The notes below the pieces were generated by a model. It had not been told where the DNA came from. It made no database searches and saw only the letters and a program-made list of their open reading frames with translations. A stretch of 64,000 bases of DNA from positions 1 to 64,000 of the IMG/VR virus record IMGVR_UViG_3300045125_000034; one strand, written 5' to 3'. Numbering within the stretch: the first letter of the stretch is position 1; the number at the start of each line of letters is the position of its first letter. This document shows, piece after piece, positions 25,776 through 37,435 of this stretch. The translations under genes were made by a program, and so were the position numbers. The DNA is from a virus.

Positions 25776-26287
25776 AGTCCGAATAATCTTTGGATAATCA
25801 CTACCCACCCTCTTGACGGGGGTGGGTTTGTGTTATAATTACGGTATGACTACTACACCGACCAACGATCCAACATTCCCGTCCTCCAAGTTCCGTGCTC
25901 GTTACGGGTTGGAGCGAACCGTGTTCAAGTTGACTGACACCACCTTCCTTGTGGAGGGCGAGAGCATGTTCTCGCGGGGTTCTACTGACGAGCAGGGCAG
26001 GCAGGTCATGGCAGACTTTGAGGGAGGGGCCGTACCTTGCCCGTGGGTGTTCGCTGCGATTGGCAACGGACTGCCCCTACGCACCCGAGAAGAGGTCTGA
26101 CGATTGAGACTGCTAAGGTTCCTGACATGGGAGCAGCGGTGCGAGGCGTTGGGACTGCCAACCGACACTCCGAAGCCCAAGAATCCTTGGGCGACAGCCT
26201 TCGTGACCCTGTTTAGAAAACCAGTAAGACCCTAAAACAAATTCCCCCGAAGCCCCTGTCATCGTGCTAACGCCGATGGCGGGGGTT

Positions 26288-26295
26288 TATAAATA
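26288..26295 (+). promoter_or_regulatory. T4-late-like promoter
   Basis: TATAAATA upstream of AGGAG RBS and start 26308. Confidence 0.7.
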
Positions 26296-26307
26296 GGGTA
26301 CAGGAGA

Positions 26308-27730
26308 TTGTCTATGTACAACTATCAGAAGAGATTGCTAGAGGAATCCGTTGCACTACCCCAGAAGGAAGTCGTTCTAACTGAAGGGGTTGTTGATTTT
26401 ATCAAGAACGCTCTCAAGCGTGAACCCCTTCTTTCACAGATCATGGCTCTCCGTGCTGCCAAGGATAAGTTGAGCAAGGTAGAGTATCAGAAGAGAGTAG
26501 AAGCCATCAAGTATACAGCTGCTACCTATCTCTTCAAGGGTTCGGCTCTCGCCACGATGGGTCTGACACTAGCACACAAAACAGGATTGATGAAGGTCTT
26601 GGACAAGGTAGTTCATCACATAGCAAAAGATCCACACCACGCAACTGAGATTGACCATCTCATACACTCTGCGTTGGGTGTGGTAAAGGTCTTTGCAGAA
26701 TACACCCCCGAAGGAGATACTTTGGAAGAGGCTCCTGCTGCAACGGCAACAAGTAAAGACTACAACTCAAGAGTCATGTCTGCTATGGCTATAGTCAAAG
26801 CAGTAAAGGAAAAGGCAAAGCAACTTGGAGTGAGAGTGGATGCCGATGGCAAAACCGTCACTTGCACCAAGGAGTTCACCAAGGGCGACAACAATGCATT
26901 CCGTCATGCATACGATGCTTGCTACAGCGTCATCTGTCTGTTCAAGTTCACAAAGAACAGTAACCTGTGGGGATGCTCAACCGCAGGCTTCGGCGTAGGA
27001 CACAGGAGTGCATCAAGAACGGACGCATAGTTCTAAACAAAAGTGGAGATGGGACACAACTACAGTTCAGAGGACTCAAGCGGTGGTCTGTACCTCTCCA
27101 ACGGAATGCGATTGACTGAAGAGAACCTTGAAGAAGCAATGCAGATTAACGAACTTAGAGCAGGAGATACCGTCAAGGTTCCGCACAACGGTAAGATGGT
27201 AAAGGGCAAGATTGTTCGTTACGATGATGGAGGAACAAACAAGGCACGACAGTCGGGTGGTGGTTATGTGGTTGATGTTGGTGAACCAGCAAGCGTACTT
27301 GTACCAGCCCCACAAGATTGTCAAAGAAGCCATTACTGTAGGGGATATTTTGAATAGCAAGAAAAAGCCAGAGTGGAAGTTTGTAACAAAACTCAAGGAG
27401 TGGAGTGGGCTTCGTGAGTTCCTAAACAAGAGCGGAGCGATTGAATGGCTAAAAAGTGTGGGCTATACTAATGTCAACTATGATTATGTTAAGGCACAGG
27501 TTCTAGGTAAGAAGTATTACGCTCCATGTGCAATCATTCACACGGCAATATACGACCCATCAGCAAACGGAGATGTGTCGCACAACATCGTGGCTCCAAC
27601 CCAAGGGGTTTTGGATCAGATGTCATGGACATATAAAGGTCTTGAGAAGATCGCTCCCGGCAAGAGAGGCGAGAAGACTTTCAGTACAGGCATGAAGATC
27701 GTAGCAACAATATTAGCAGTAGGAGAGTAA
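26308..27730 (+). CDS. Multidomain putative internal polyprotein (frameshifted), includes an SH3/Tudor-like module
   Basis: Repeated LLEE, VLTE, TLEE, LTEENLEE, INE sites; LRAGDTVKVPHNGKMVKGKIV module. Confidence 0.5.
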
Positions 27731-27885
27731 TCATGGGAAGAGTTAGAGATGCAAGCAAGTCGTTTGGATGCAAGGGGGTTACAAGACTCGCAAAGAGATC
27801 CAAGGGCATTTCCCGTGCAGGATTACCAAAGATATACGCACCATGCTTCTGATGGTGGCATAGCAAGAATGCAAACGAAAGCAAA

Positions 27886-28014
27886 ATGAAATCGTTCAGG
27901 AAGTTCTTGGAAGACAAATGGAGTAAGGACTATAAGAAGTCTATCAACTGCTCCAACCCCAAGGGCTTCTCACAACGCGCCCATTGTCAGGGCAGAAAGA
28001 AGAGAGGTAAGTAA
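27886..28014 (+). CDS. Small basic putative internal head peptide
   Basis: MKSFRKFLED-KWSKDYKKSINCSNPKGFSQRAHCQGRKKRGK. Confidence 0.65.
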   Translation: MKSFRKFLEDKWSKDYKKSINCSNPKGFSQRAHCQGRKKRGK

Positions 28015-28301
28015 TATGCAGAATCGTAGATTCATCGCACCAAAGTTTCATGAGAGACCACAGCCCGTAAGTCCTTTGAGTGCTCCTCAGCCAGAGGTGG
28101 TGGAGGAAATTAAACAACCCGAGACTCATGTTGAGACTCCCGTGGTTGAAGATAAGAAGACACCAAAAGACAAGAAGCAGAATTGAAGTTGATTTTTGCT
28201 GCGAAAACGGCATAACAACTTTTAATATCTCCTCTTCTCCCATCGTGTATACTACATACATGACCATCCAAATCGGGTGGCACTTATAAGGAGAAAGAGT
28301 A

Positions 28302-29058
28302 ATGACACGATTCTTTAGATACCTCGCCGCTGTAGCCGCAGTAGTTTTGGCAAACAGCACTTTTGCACAGACTGCTTCGGCTCCTGCTCCGAAGGCATCA
28401 CCTTCTATCTTCAGCGTAGTCTCGGTTGATGAGACCTTGACTTTCTGGGGCAAGAAGAATGTTGATACTGTTACTGAGTTGGACTCAACCGTTAAGGGCA
28501 AGTTGTTTGATCTTATCGGTTGGCATGTGACCGTTCCTGTTTACTCACAGGACTACATGGGTTACGGTGCTATCGACATCGGTGCAGACTATGCTCTGTT
28601 CGCGGCGAGAAGTTCCTTGGCTCAGTCACCAACTTCAGCGTTGAAGCGGGTGCATGGTTGCCAACAGGTTCAGCAGGTTACGGCACAGACAATGTTAACC
28701 CCCATGTCGGATTCAACTACGACATGACTTGGGGCTAGCGTAGTCTACACGCAGTCCTTCGACTACCTTTGGGTAGGTGAGGTTGCTTATAGCCCCGTGT
28801 TCGGCAACTACAACAACTACGGTCTCAACGCCGAGTCGTTCGTTGCTTACAATTTCGGTGCAGTTTTTGGTTGGTGCTGACCTCAACCAATGGTACACAA
28901 GTGGCTCAAATGTAGCCTTCCTTGGACCCAAGGCTGAGTGGAAGGTTTCCAACAATGTTGAAGTCAACGCAGGCTTCGGTGTTCCCGTATGGCAGGAAAT
29001 CAATGCTGCAAACGAGAACAGTTGGAATGTGACCGCAGGCTTGTCAATCAACTTCTGA
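28302..29058 (+). CDS. Outer-membrane beta-barrel-like protein (frameshifted)
   Basis: Sec signal peptide (MTRFFRYLAAVAAVVLANSTFA), amphipathic beta-strands, C-terminal ...VTAGLSINF. Confidence 0.65.
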
Positions 29059-29158
29059 TTTGTAAAAAAGCAGGTTACGAGGGGGGTGGAGGAGACTCCA
29101 CCCCCTTTTCATTTACATAAATAGATAGAGTCAAGATGTTTACACGAAAGGGGTAAGT

Positions 29159-29587
29159 ATGATACCTACAGAATTGATTTCAATGGTTGGTGGTTCGGCT
29201 GTCGGGTTCCTATTCCGATTCATGGCACAGAAGTCACAGGATCAGAAGGAACTATTTCAGCAGATGATTACTGCTAACAAGCAGACTACAGAGAATCAAG
29301 ACAAGGCAGTACAGAGAGTTCCGTTGGATGTTGGCAAGGGCGTTCGCCAACTAATCGTACTATCGGTGTTGTTCGCAACCTTCCTCGCCCCATTTGCCCT
29401 ACCGTTCTTTGGCGTTCCCACCTTCGTTGAAGTGGATGCAACTCAAACCAATTTCTTTGGAATGGACACCATGAAGAAGTACTTCGTGGAAATTAATGGT
29501 TACCTGTTCACTTCAGAGAACCGTCAGATTCTACTCAGCATTATTGGATTCTACTTCGGCTCTGCTGCCGCAGGTAATAAGTCATAA
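29159..29587 (+). CDS. Membrane protein (holin-like)
   Basis: Hydrophobic segments; C-terminal SIIGFYFGS; CATAAATA upstream. Confidence 0.55.
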   Translation: MIPTELISMVGGSAVGFLFRFMAQKSQDQKELFQQMITANKQTTENQDKAVQRVPLDVGKGVRQLIVLSVLFATFLAPFALPFFGVPTFVEVDATQTNFFGMDTMKKYFVEINGYLFTSENRQILLSIIGFYFGSAAAGNKS

Positions 29588-29597
29588 GGAGCCACAC

Positions 29598-29892
29598 ATG
29601 AAGTTCATCAACAAACTAATCACAGTAGCATGCTTGGCAGCGTTGTCGGCATGTGCATCAACCAATCCAGAGATCGTTCCTGACAATACATCAGACAGCG
29701 TAATCCTTAAGAAGATCAACCACGAAATTCAGAGCGGCGAAGTCTTCAAGACAGGATGGCAATGGATCCTATGGTATCTTCCTTTCGTGTTCCTCGTAGT
29801 CTCATGGGGATGGAGACAGTTCATCAGAATGCCAATTCATTGTGATGAGCCGTGCTGAGCCGAAGAAAGAAGAAGAAGAGAAAAAAGAATGA
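29598..29892 (+). CDS. Lipoprotein with C-terminal TM segment
   Basis: MKFINKLITVACLAALSAC lipobox. Confidence 0.6.
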
Positions 29893-29965
29893 AACGAATG
29901 AGACTCCTTCTGCATGATTTGATTTTGGGTTACTGACGCAAACTTATATCGGGGGGTATAGGGCA

Positions 29966-30779
29966 ATGGCCGAAGGAAGTCTGTTGGTCATAATCATGAT
30001 TCATGCGGTAACTGTCGGAAGATTAAGGATGCTCAATGCGAGGAAACCCGCAAGGCTTTGGAGCAATGCAATAAGGCTTGGGAGGAGGCACAAGCCGAAT
30101 CACAGGATGCTCTTGAGAAAGAACTAGAGGAAGCCAAGACAAAGAACAAGTCTTTGCAGAAGACTATTACTGCGTTTCAAATTGCAACGACCGTGGGAGT
30201 TACCCTGCTAGGGCAAGAAGTCTTTGATAAGATCATGGACAAGGTTAACTCTGTAACCGGAAGTCAAAGCCAAGATCACAGGGGAAGTCGCAAAACCCGC
30301 AGAGAACAAGACCGAGACCAAGGGCAAGACTGACGGCAAGAAGTCAGTCTCGTTTGGTTACGGTAGCAGCAGTAACATTATGACTGCTAGTAGGTTTGCT
30401 TCTTCGGGTGCGGCTCAGTACATCCCGCGATTCACAATCACAGGAAAAGACCCGAGCCTACCCACAGAGTTGACGATGCTAACACCACCGTCATCAAACA
30501 CAACCACCATTCTAGACGGTCAGGGAATAGGACTTCCGCTTGTCCCGCCCGTGATTAAGCAGCAGGCTACCGCCGCTTCTATAGATTGGTCAAAGTATAT
30601 CGTTGCTAACGCAACGCCACCGATTGAGGCTGTTGTTACGACATGGGGTGGAGCCGATTGGGACGATTGGGCAGGAGGAGCAGCAACACCGATGTTGGTG
30701 TCGGCGATCCTGTTCCCGCCCCACACGGCATTTCGGTATTCGCACTCAGTCTAATCAACAGCCCAGAAGAAGGGCATAA
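29966..30779 (+). CDS. Coiled-coil/membrane protein with PEP-CTERM-like tail (frameshifted)
   Basis: Ends VPAPHGISVFALSLINS(P)RRRA*. Confidence 0.5.
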
Positions 30780-30791
30780 GAAAGGGGAACA

Positions 30792-31424
30792 ATGAACAAG
30801 ACACTTGCTACGGCTATCACTACACTCGCACTTTCCGCATCGGCATCCGCAGACCTTGTTGATGGTAGTTTTGAAGGTAATGATATTTACTACGGTTACG
30901 GATTTCTTCAAGGAGGAATTGATACTCCTTGGAGGACTACCGCTCCTGATAACCTGATTGAAATTTGGGGAGAGTATATGCCTACTCCTGCATACGAAGG
31001 AACTCGTCATGCAGAACTAAATGCAAACTACGCATCCACACTCTATCAGGATGTCAACGGATTGGGCGACAACAACACAATCAACTGGCACTTCGCTCAC
31101 CGTGGTCGTTATGGTACAGACACCATGAAGTTGACCATCACCGACTTAGGTGCTGACCAACTATGGGAGGCGGCGATGACACGACACTATTCCAACAAAA
31201 CTTCTCAGCCGATGACGCGGCATGGCAAGTACACTATGGCTCAATTACTTCTATTGGTAACAATACTCGTTTTGCTTTTGAAGCCGTGAGTGCTGTCGGG
31301 GGAACACTCAAGGCAACTTTATAGATTGGTGTGGATTTGGAGCAAATGTTTCCTATTCCAACACGCGGGGCAATCTCCCTTTCTGGGTTTGGGTTTCTTC
31401 ATGGGTACTCGCAGAAGAGCCTGA
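30792..31424 (+). CDS. Secreted PEP-CTERM protein with carbohydrate-binding-like (NGSFE-type) domain
   Basis: Signal peptide, LVDGSFE, HAELNAN, FAHRGRYG; tail IPT(P)GAISLLGLGFFMGTRRRA*. Confidence 0.75.
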
Positions 31425-31486
31425 TTTCATTTGTATTTCTTGGAGAGGGAGGGGAACCTCCCCCTTTTCATTTCATAAATACCCTT

Positions 31487-31796
31487 ATGAAATCCTTCAG
31501 GCAGTTTATAAAGGAAGAGAGACTCTGTGCCAAACAGCACAGGAATGTTTACCTATGGTTTTGGGATTTCAGACGGATATGGTCCCTTCTGATTTTGATG
31601 TTGAGGACTTCACCGACACGGATGAGCCAAGGAAGCGTAAGCACCTGCCGTGGGAAGTTGAAAACGCCATTGAAGCCAACAGCAGACGGGATATGATTCT
31701 TCGTTGGATGAAGAGTGCAGTAGCCAACAGCTGAAGAAAGCAGTAACTAACAAGTCCTTGCCACTAACTCCCGATTGGCAGACTACCAAGAGATAA
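31487..31796 (+). CDS. Putative internal head protein (frameshifted)
   Basis: CATAAATA at 31474; MKSFRQFIKEE leader. Confidence 0.5.
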
Positions 31797-31827
31797 ATAG
31801 GATACACCCCTTTCAAGGACACTAAAC

Positions 31828-34241
31828 ATGAGCGACTTTAACTTCCGTAAGCCACTATCCTCGCAAAAGAAGAACCTCAACGAAGCCCTCCAGCACATCA
31901 ACAGGCTGTACAACAACACCCTGTCTGCCGGTAGAGTTGATGTCGTTGGCATGGAACTCAACGAGGCAGAGAGAAGACCATCGGCAAAGTCACCTTCACT
32001 CCATATAAGGAAGGCAAAGTTCGGTTTGGATAGTCAAGGGAAAGGGCGGAAAGGAGATTGGTTTCATTACCATAGTCAAAAACCGCCTCAACCACCGTAC
32101 CCAACCAGTTGTACTTGGGTAGTCAGGGCGAGGAGAGAGTTGGCTCTCAACCTGTGGCCCGAAAGTTGGAACCCCACCCACGGGCGGGTACACGCGGGAG
32201 TATGTCAAGTTCAAGCCCAACCAAATGTTGCAGGCAGCAGCAAAGTGGATCATGGACAACCACAAGGAGTTGGTAGAGGAGGTTGTGGGTGAAGCCAGGA
32301 AGACCTCAAGGTAGTCAAGAAGGGCAAGGCAAAGACAGAGAAGAACAAGACATCTGAGTTCACGCCGGCGACAAGCGTGGCATGAACCGTTTTGTTGAAG
32401 AGGAAGAGGTAGAGGAAGTAGAGGATGTTGAGGAAGAGGTAACCGAGGGTGTTCGCTTTATGGCAGGTGCAGAGACCATGATTAAGAATGCGGGCGGATC
32501 ATCTATGGTCAGCAACTTCCCGCAAGATGTCTCAACTTGATTCAAAGCCAACAGGAAGTGTCATTGTCTTCACAAGCGAGAAGAATCCCGAGTCTTCGGA
32601 GATCAGGGTGTACAGCCCAAGCGATTTCCAAAACATGGTAAAGGGTCTATCAAAGAAGGTAGAGCCAAAGGTTGGTTCTAAGGGAAGTTGGTCGGACGGC
32701 GAAGTGACCGTCATCGGCATCAAGAAAGCGTTGAACCTATTAACGAGAAGTACTACAGAAAAGCCGATCCAACCCAAGCAATGCACATTCCCGCTAAGTG
32801 GGTCTATGAAGACTTCTTCAAGAAGGTTAAGACAAGCGGTGTAATGTTCAATCAACTCAAGGCAGAAGAGGCTCTTGAGGATACATTCGCAGGGATCGGT
32901 CAGGTACAAAGGTATGCAAAAAACTAGAACAGTAGGTGAACTACTGTGAAACTCCTTCTCTACCTACAAGAGATACATGGACATCAAGGAAGAAAACCTA
33001 AACGAGGCAGATTGGTGGTCAAGTTCAGGAACCATTGACAAGAAGACAGTAGACTCCTTCTTGGATGATTTGGAATCCGCGTACAAGAAGGGCGGAAAGA
33101 GAGCCAAGGTTGCCAAGACCGATGGAACCGTAGAGGGATTGGCTTGATGATTACAAGGATTGGTTCCGCCGCGCTCCCAAGAACCTCATGGACTACATCA
33201 AGTCAGAGATTGCAAAGATGGGCATCAAGGAATCCCTTGGAACCTATATGGCTACCTCCGAGGCTCGCATTCCGTTCAAGAAGATTCTCAACAATGTAAA
33301 GGACATTCAGGGACCATTCACAATCGTGGTTATGAAAGCAGATGGACCCCGGCACTAATGCAGAAGAAGGTAAGTGGTGCTGCTGCCATCCCTGCCCACA
33401 TCAATCACATGTTGGATGGAGATCTAAAGAACAAGAAGTGGAAGGCTATCGCTATTGAGACTGCTAGTGGCAAGATCGTAAATGTTCTTCATCCATCAGA
33501 TATGAAGAAGGAAGAGGTTGAGACAGAAGGCGAAGACCTAAGCGAAGCCTATATCAGCACAGAGCAGATCAAGGCAATCCGCGATGACTTGAAGAAGGAA
33601 CACCCACAGTTCACCTTCATGGTTGCTCGTCGTGCAAACAGTTACTCGTCAATCCGAGTAGCAATCGTCAGGGGACCAGTTGCCTTTGCTTACAAGGCAG
33701 ATGGAACTCCCGAGCCTAATGTGGACATCAACCACTATTGAGCCTGATAACTACAAGAACAGCCACATCCTCAAGAAGATTCTCAAGACCATCAACAAGA
33801 AGAGCTGGGATAGAAGCGACATATCAACGGACTACTTTGATGTTGGTTTCTACCTTGATCTGACCCAAGGCAACAATACCTACGGTAGCCAAAGAAAACC
33901 ATTTGAACTAACAGGAGCAAGAAGACTGCTCCGAAGTCTACTCCTGTTGCCGTGACAAAGAAGAAGGTTGATGATATAATCAAGAGAATCACCACTAACA
34001 CCGTAGCAAAGGGTCAGACTAAGACTCCCGCAAACGCAGGTCACGCACAGAAGAAGTCTCCATTCAACTCTTACTTTGAAGAGAAGGAAGGTGGAGATGA
34101 GATCAATGAAGTCTCGCCGCCATCGGTCCTGCTCGCAAGTTCAGCAAGGATCCCAAAGTCAAGGCTGATTTCAAGAAGAAGTATGGAGAGCGTTGGAAGG
34201 AAGTAATGTACGCCACCGCATGGAAGATGCACAACAAGTAA
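31828..34241 (+). CDS. Large multidomain putative internal polyprotein with an LPD29-like domain (frameshifted)
   Basis: Modules separated by NLNE, ELNE, EVTE, DLSE, EINE; IRDDLKKEHPQFTF...SSIRV...DISTDYFDVGFY; C-terminal VSPP...FKKKYG.RWKEVMYATAWK. Confidence 0.55.
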
Positions 34242-34475
34242 GGAGAAACACACTGGCTAGAAGAAGTTGGTTAGCATAGCAGTCACTCCCGAATACTTTC
34301 TACATTTCTTTCCCGTAGGAACGGTTATTGACAGACCCGGACTTCCTCTGTTGAAGGTGTCCGATGCTGCTCCTATGTTGGACGGCAACATCTCTGTTCA
34401 GTTTGAAGTATCAAACAGCATGACCCGAGCGAAGCACACATTTGGTGGCACGAACGGGGAAAACGGCATTCCGTT

Positions 34476-34890
34476 TTGAAGTCATTCTTCGCACATCTAA
34501 CAGAACAGGAACAGGCTCCACGACCAAAGCCTGTGTATTTCGTCAGTCGTTTTAACATCAGCGGAACTGTCGTGAGTGCGGTGGCGGTATACGATACACT
34601 AACAAAGAACTACAAGAGCCGCACCAAATTTTGGCGATGGCGGGTTCGCATAAAAGACTAGCGAAGGATGGATGCTGATGGGTTACATCGGCAAAACACT
34701 ACAGCAGAAAGAACTCCCGCCTCTTCGTGTAGGAGATGTTGTGGAGGTTCAAGATCTTGTTCTGTCTGATATAGCTGGTGGAAATTGGGCATTAAATAAC
34801 AAGGTAACAGGGAACCCTATTGACTATCGCTCTAATCTGTTTTCTCGTCAACTGCACGGCAAGATCAAACGAACTTCAACACCTGTATGA
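34476..34890 (+). CDS. Putative internal head protein (frameshifted)
   Basis: MKSFFAHLTE leader. Confidence 0.45.
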
Positions 34891-35619
34891 AATCTTACAA
34901 GCAACTAAAGTGGGACTTGGGAGAATCGCGAAGAAGCAGGATGCTGTTGAGGCTATAGACCCATCTGCTAGAGTTGTTGTTCGCCCTGCTGATCTACGAC
35001 ACAAAACCCCGGCGTGACCGTCATGGTACGCAAGCACAAGAAGCACAAGAGAGGGGAAGAGGCTTACGATTGGACTCTCCGTGGGCCAAACAGCAACCGT
35101 AAGTATTATGGGACTCTCAAAAAGAACAAGGGTAAAAAGGCTAGTGGGTGGGTTGCGATGGCTACCGATTCAAGGGAAAAGGAAAAGGCAGTTATCACGG
35201 ATACCCACGGAGATTCCATGAAGGCTGTCAAAAAGGCATACAAAGCCATAGCCAAAGCCACAGGTTCTACTGCCTTGGGTCTGCCCCTGATCGCAAGAGG
35301 AAATGCGAAATATAGACCCTTGACTTGACGGTGGGATGTGCTATAATATTGGTATGAAAAGCACATCGGTTCGCCGTCGTCCGTCAATCGCAACCACAGT
35401 CCTTTGGACCTTCGTCATACTGAAGTTGACGGGGCAGTTGAATTGGTCGTGGTGGTGGATCACCTCTCCCGCATGGATCGTCTTGGGTCTTTGGGTTTGC
35501 GTTTGCCCTTCTATTTGGGGTATCATACGCAATCAGCCCCGAGGGTATGAAGCGGTTCCTGCGGGAGCGAGTTTGAGCGTCTGTGCAGGAATACTTCAAC
35601 ACTACACGAAGGAGCAAGT

Positions 35620-35895
35620 GATGATTGCTGCAATGACACGCGACGAATACAAGTCTGAACTTCGCAAGGGTATCTGTGAGATCACCTTCACCAAGAAGGA
35701 TGGCACAGAGAGAGTCATGCGTTGCACCCTCGCGCAGGCGCACATGCCCGTGCGCGAGTACGAGAAGGACGCTCACGGAGCCGAAGAGCCCACGCAAGGT
35801 CAACACCAACACTCTTGCGGTTTTGGGATTTGGACAAGGCGGCGTGGAGAGCATTCAACTTGGACAGCGTGAAACATTTCAAGCCCGCTGTCTGA
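35620..35895 (+). CDS. WYL_2 / SH3 beta-barrel protein
   Basis: ITFTKKDGTERVMRCTL...WDLDKAAWRAF. Confidence 0.75.
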
Positions 35896-35901
35896 CCCCC
35901 T

Positions 35902-35975
35902 GTTCCCGTAACTCAGTTGGATAGAGTAGTTGCCTTCTAAGCAACAAGTCGCAGGTTCAAGTCCTGCCGGGAACA
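35902..35975 (+). tRNA. tRNA-Arg(UCU)
   Basis: Cloverleaf; GTTGC-CTTCTAA-GCAAC. Confidence 0.93.
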
Positions 35976-35990
35976 GCTTACAATTTAATA

Positions 35991-36251
35991 TGCTCGTGGT
36001 AACTCAATTGGTAGAGTAGCCGACTTCAATAGGAGCGGTTTTGTAGGAATACAAAACATGAAACTCGTCAAATTCGGTGGACGGTTGAAAGACCCAACGC
36101 CGAGCCAAGCCCAAAAGGGAAGGTGTAGAGACTTGACGGCGGGCATTCAGAACGGATGAAGGCAAAGTCCAGACCACGAACTGTAAGGGCGGCGTAAGCC
36201 GAAGTGGTAAGTTAATCGGTGAGGTTGTGGGTTCAAGTCCCACCCAGGCAG
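35991..36251 (+). tRNA. tRNA-Lys(UUU) interrupted by a group I intron
   Basis: Exon1 ...GCCGA-CTT (to 36026) + exon2 TTAA-TCGGT...GTGGG-TTCAAGT-CCCAC; 5' acceptor strand imperfect in the read. Confidence 0.75.
36027..36211 (+). ncRNA. Group I intron (IC3-like), ~185 nt
   Basis: P1 CUU|C-aaua-GGAG with U.G wobble, P2 GNRA hairpin, core CAAATTCGG / CCGAGCCAAG / GTAGAGACT / AAGGCAAAGTCC, terminal omega-G. Confidence 0.85.
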
Positions 36252-36291
36252 CTTAGGGAGCACTAAATAGATTAGAGGAGTGTGCTAATCC

Positions 36292-36648
36292 ATGAACAAA
36301 TGCAAACATTGCAACAAGGAATTTAAATCTCATCCATCCAAACAATCAAAGAAAAAAGCAGAAGAATTATATGTGGTTCTTGTGCAGTTTCTAAAGAAGA
36401 TGGAAGACAAAAATTGAGTTTGTTGAATTATTAGGTGGTAAATGCCAAAGATGCGGGTTTAAAGGTCATCCGGGTGTGTTTCATTTTCACCATAAAGACC
36501 CATCACAAAAATCCCACGAATTAAATGGAAACGGTTTGTTGACAAAGAAAGATATAACGAACTTTCAAAGTGCGAATTATTGTGTGCTAACTGCCATCAA
36601 ATAGAACATTCAAACACAGATTTGATTAAAAGTTTTGGTCTGCTATAA
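36292..36648 (+). CDS. HNH endonuclease (free-standing homing endonuclease), frameshifted
   Basis: LGGKCQRCG...FHFHHKDPSQK...CELLCANCHQIEH; AT-rich. Confidence 0.85.
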
Positions 36649-37364
36649 TTGATAGCAGGTCTGCGAATCTAAATAAACTCACCCATCTCTTGAAAGGAGA
36701 TTACATCATGGACACTCTTCTTTACGGTCTTCTTGGTCTTTCACTAGCAACAAATCTCGCTACTTTCGTTCACGGGTTCTTCGTTCGTTCTGAGCGTAGG
36801 GGCCGAAGAGAATGAGAGAAGTCTCTTCTGTTCGTGACGAACTTCTCAATCGTATTGATGATGTTGAACGCAATGTTGATGGGGTGAATAGTCACCTTCA
36901 CGACACAATCAACAGCGAGGTTGCCTCTCTCACCCGAAAGATTGAGGAACTAGATCGCACCTTTACTTCCATTATTGACAACTTGGAGGAAGAGGTATAC
37001 AATAGTCAGGATCGTTTCTTTGAGAGTTGCAGAAGCGGCAGAACCCGTTTGCTGCAAGACAAGAAGCGGAACTGATGCTGGGGATCGCCATCCCCACCAA
37101 CTTTAACATAAGGAGAAAACAATGGCAAAGTTTGAATCAGAGCCATGCCCTGTTGCTGGTGGCTGCGACAAGTTGACCTGCGTTCTCAGCAAGGTTGGCA
37201 TTAACCGTAGCCTTCTTGTCACTCTCGCTCTTCTTCCATTCGCTTGGACCCGGAGCCGTGTGGCTGAAGAACGCCGTCGTAGCCGTCGCCAATGTGGTGA
37301 TGGGTCTTTTCGGCAACAACCCCGCTTGCTGATACAAGCGGGTTAATTGTGCTAGAGATGCACT

Positions 37365-37435
37365 TGCCCGATGGTGTAACGGTAGCACCAGAGATTTTGG
37401 TCCTCTGTGTCCTAGTTCGAATCTAGGTCGGGCAA
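37365..37435 (+). tRNA. tRNA-Gln(UUG)
   Basis: Cloverleaf; loop TTTTGGT. Confidence 0.9.
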
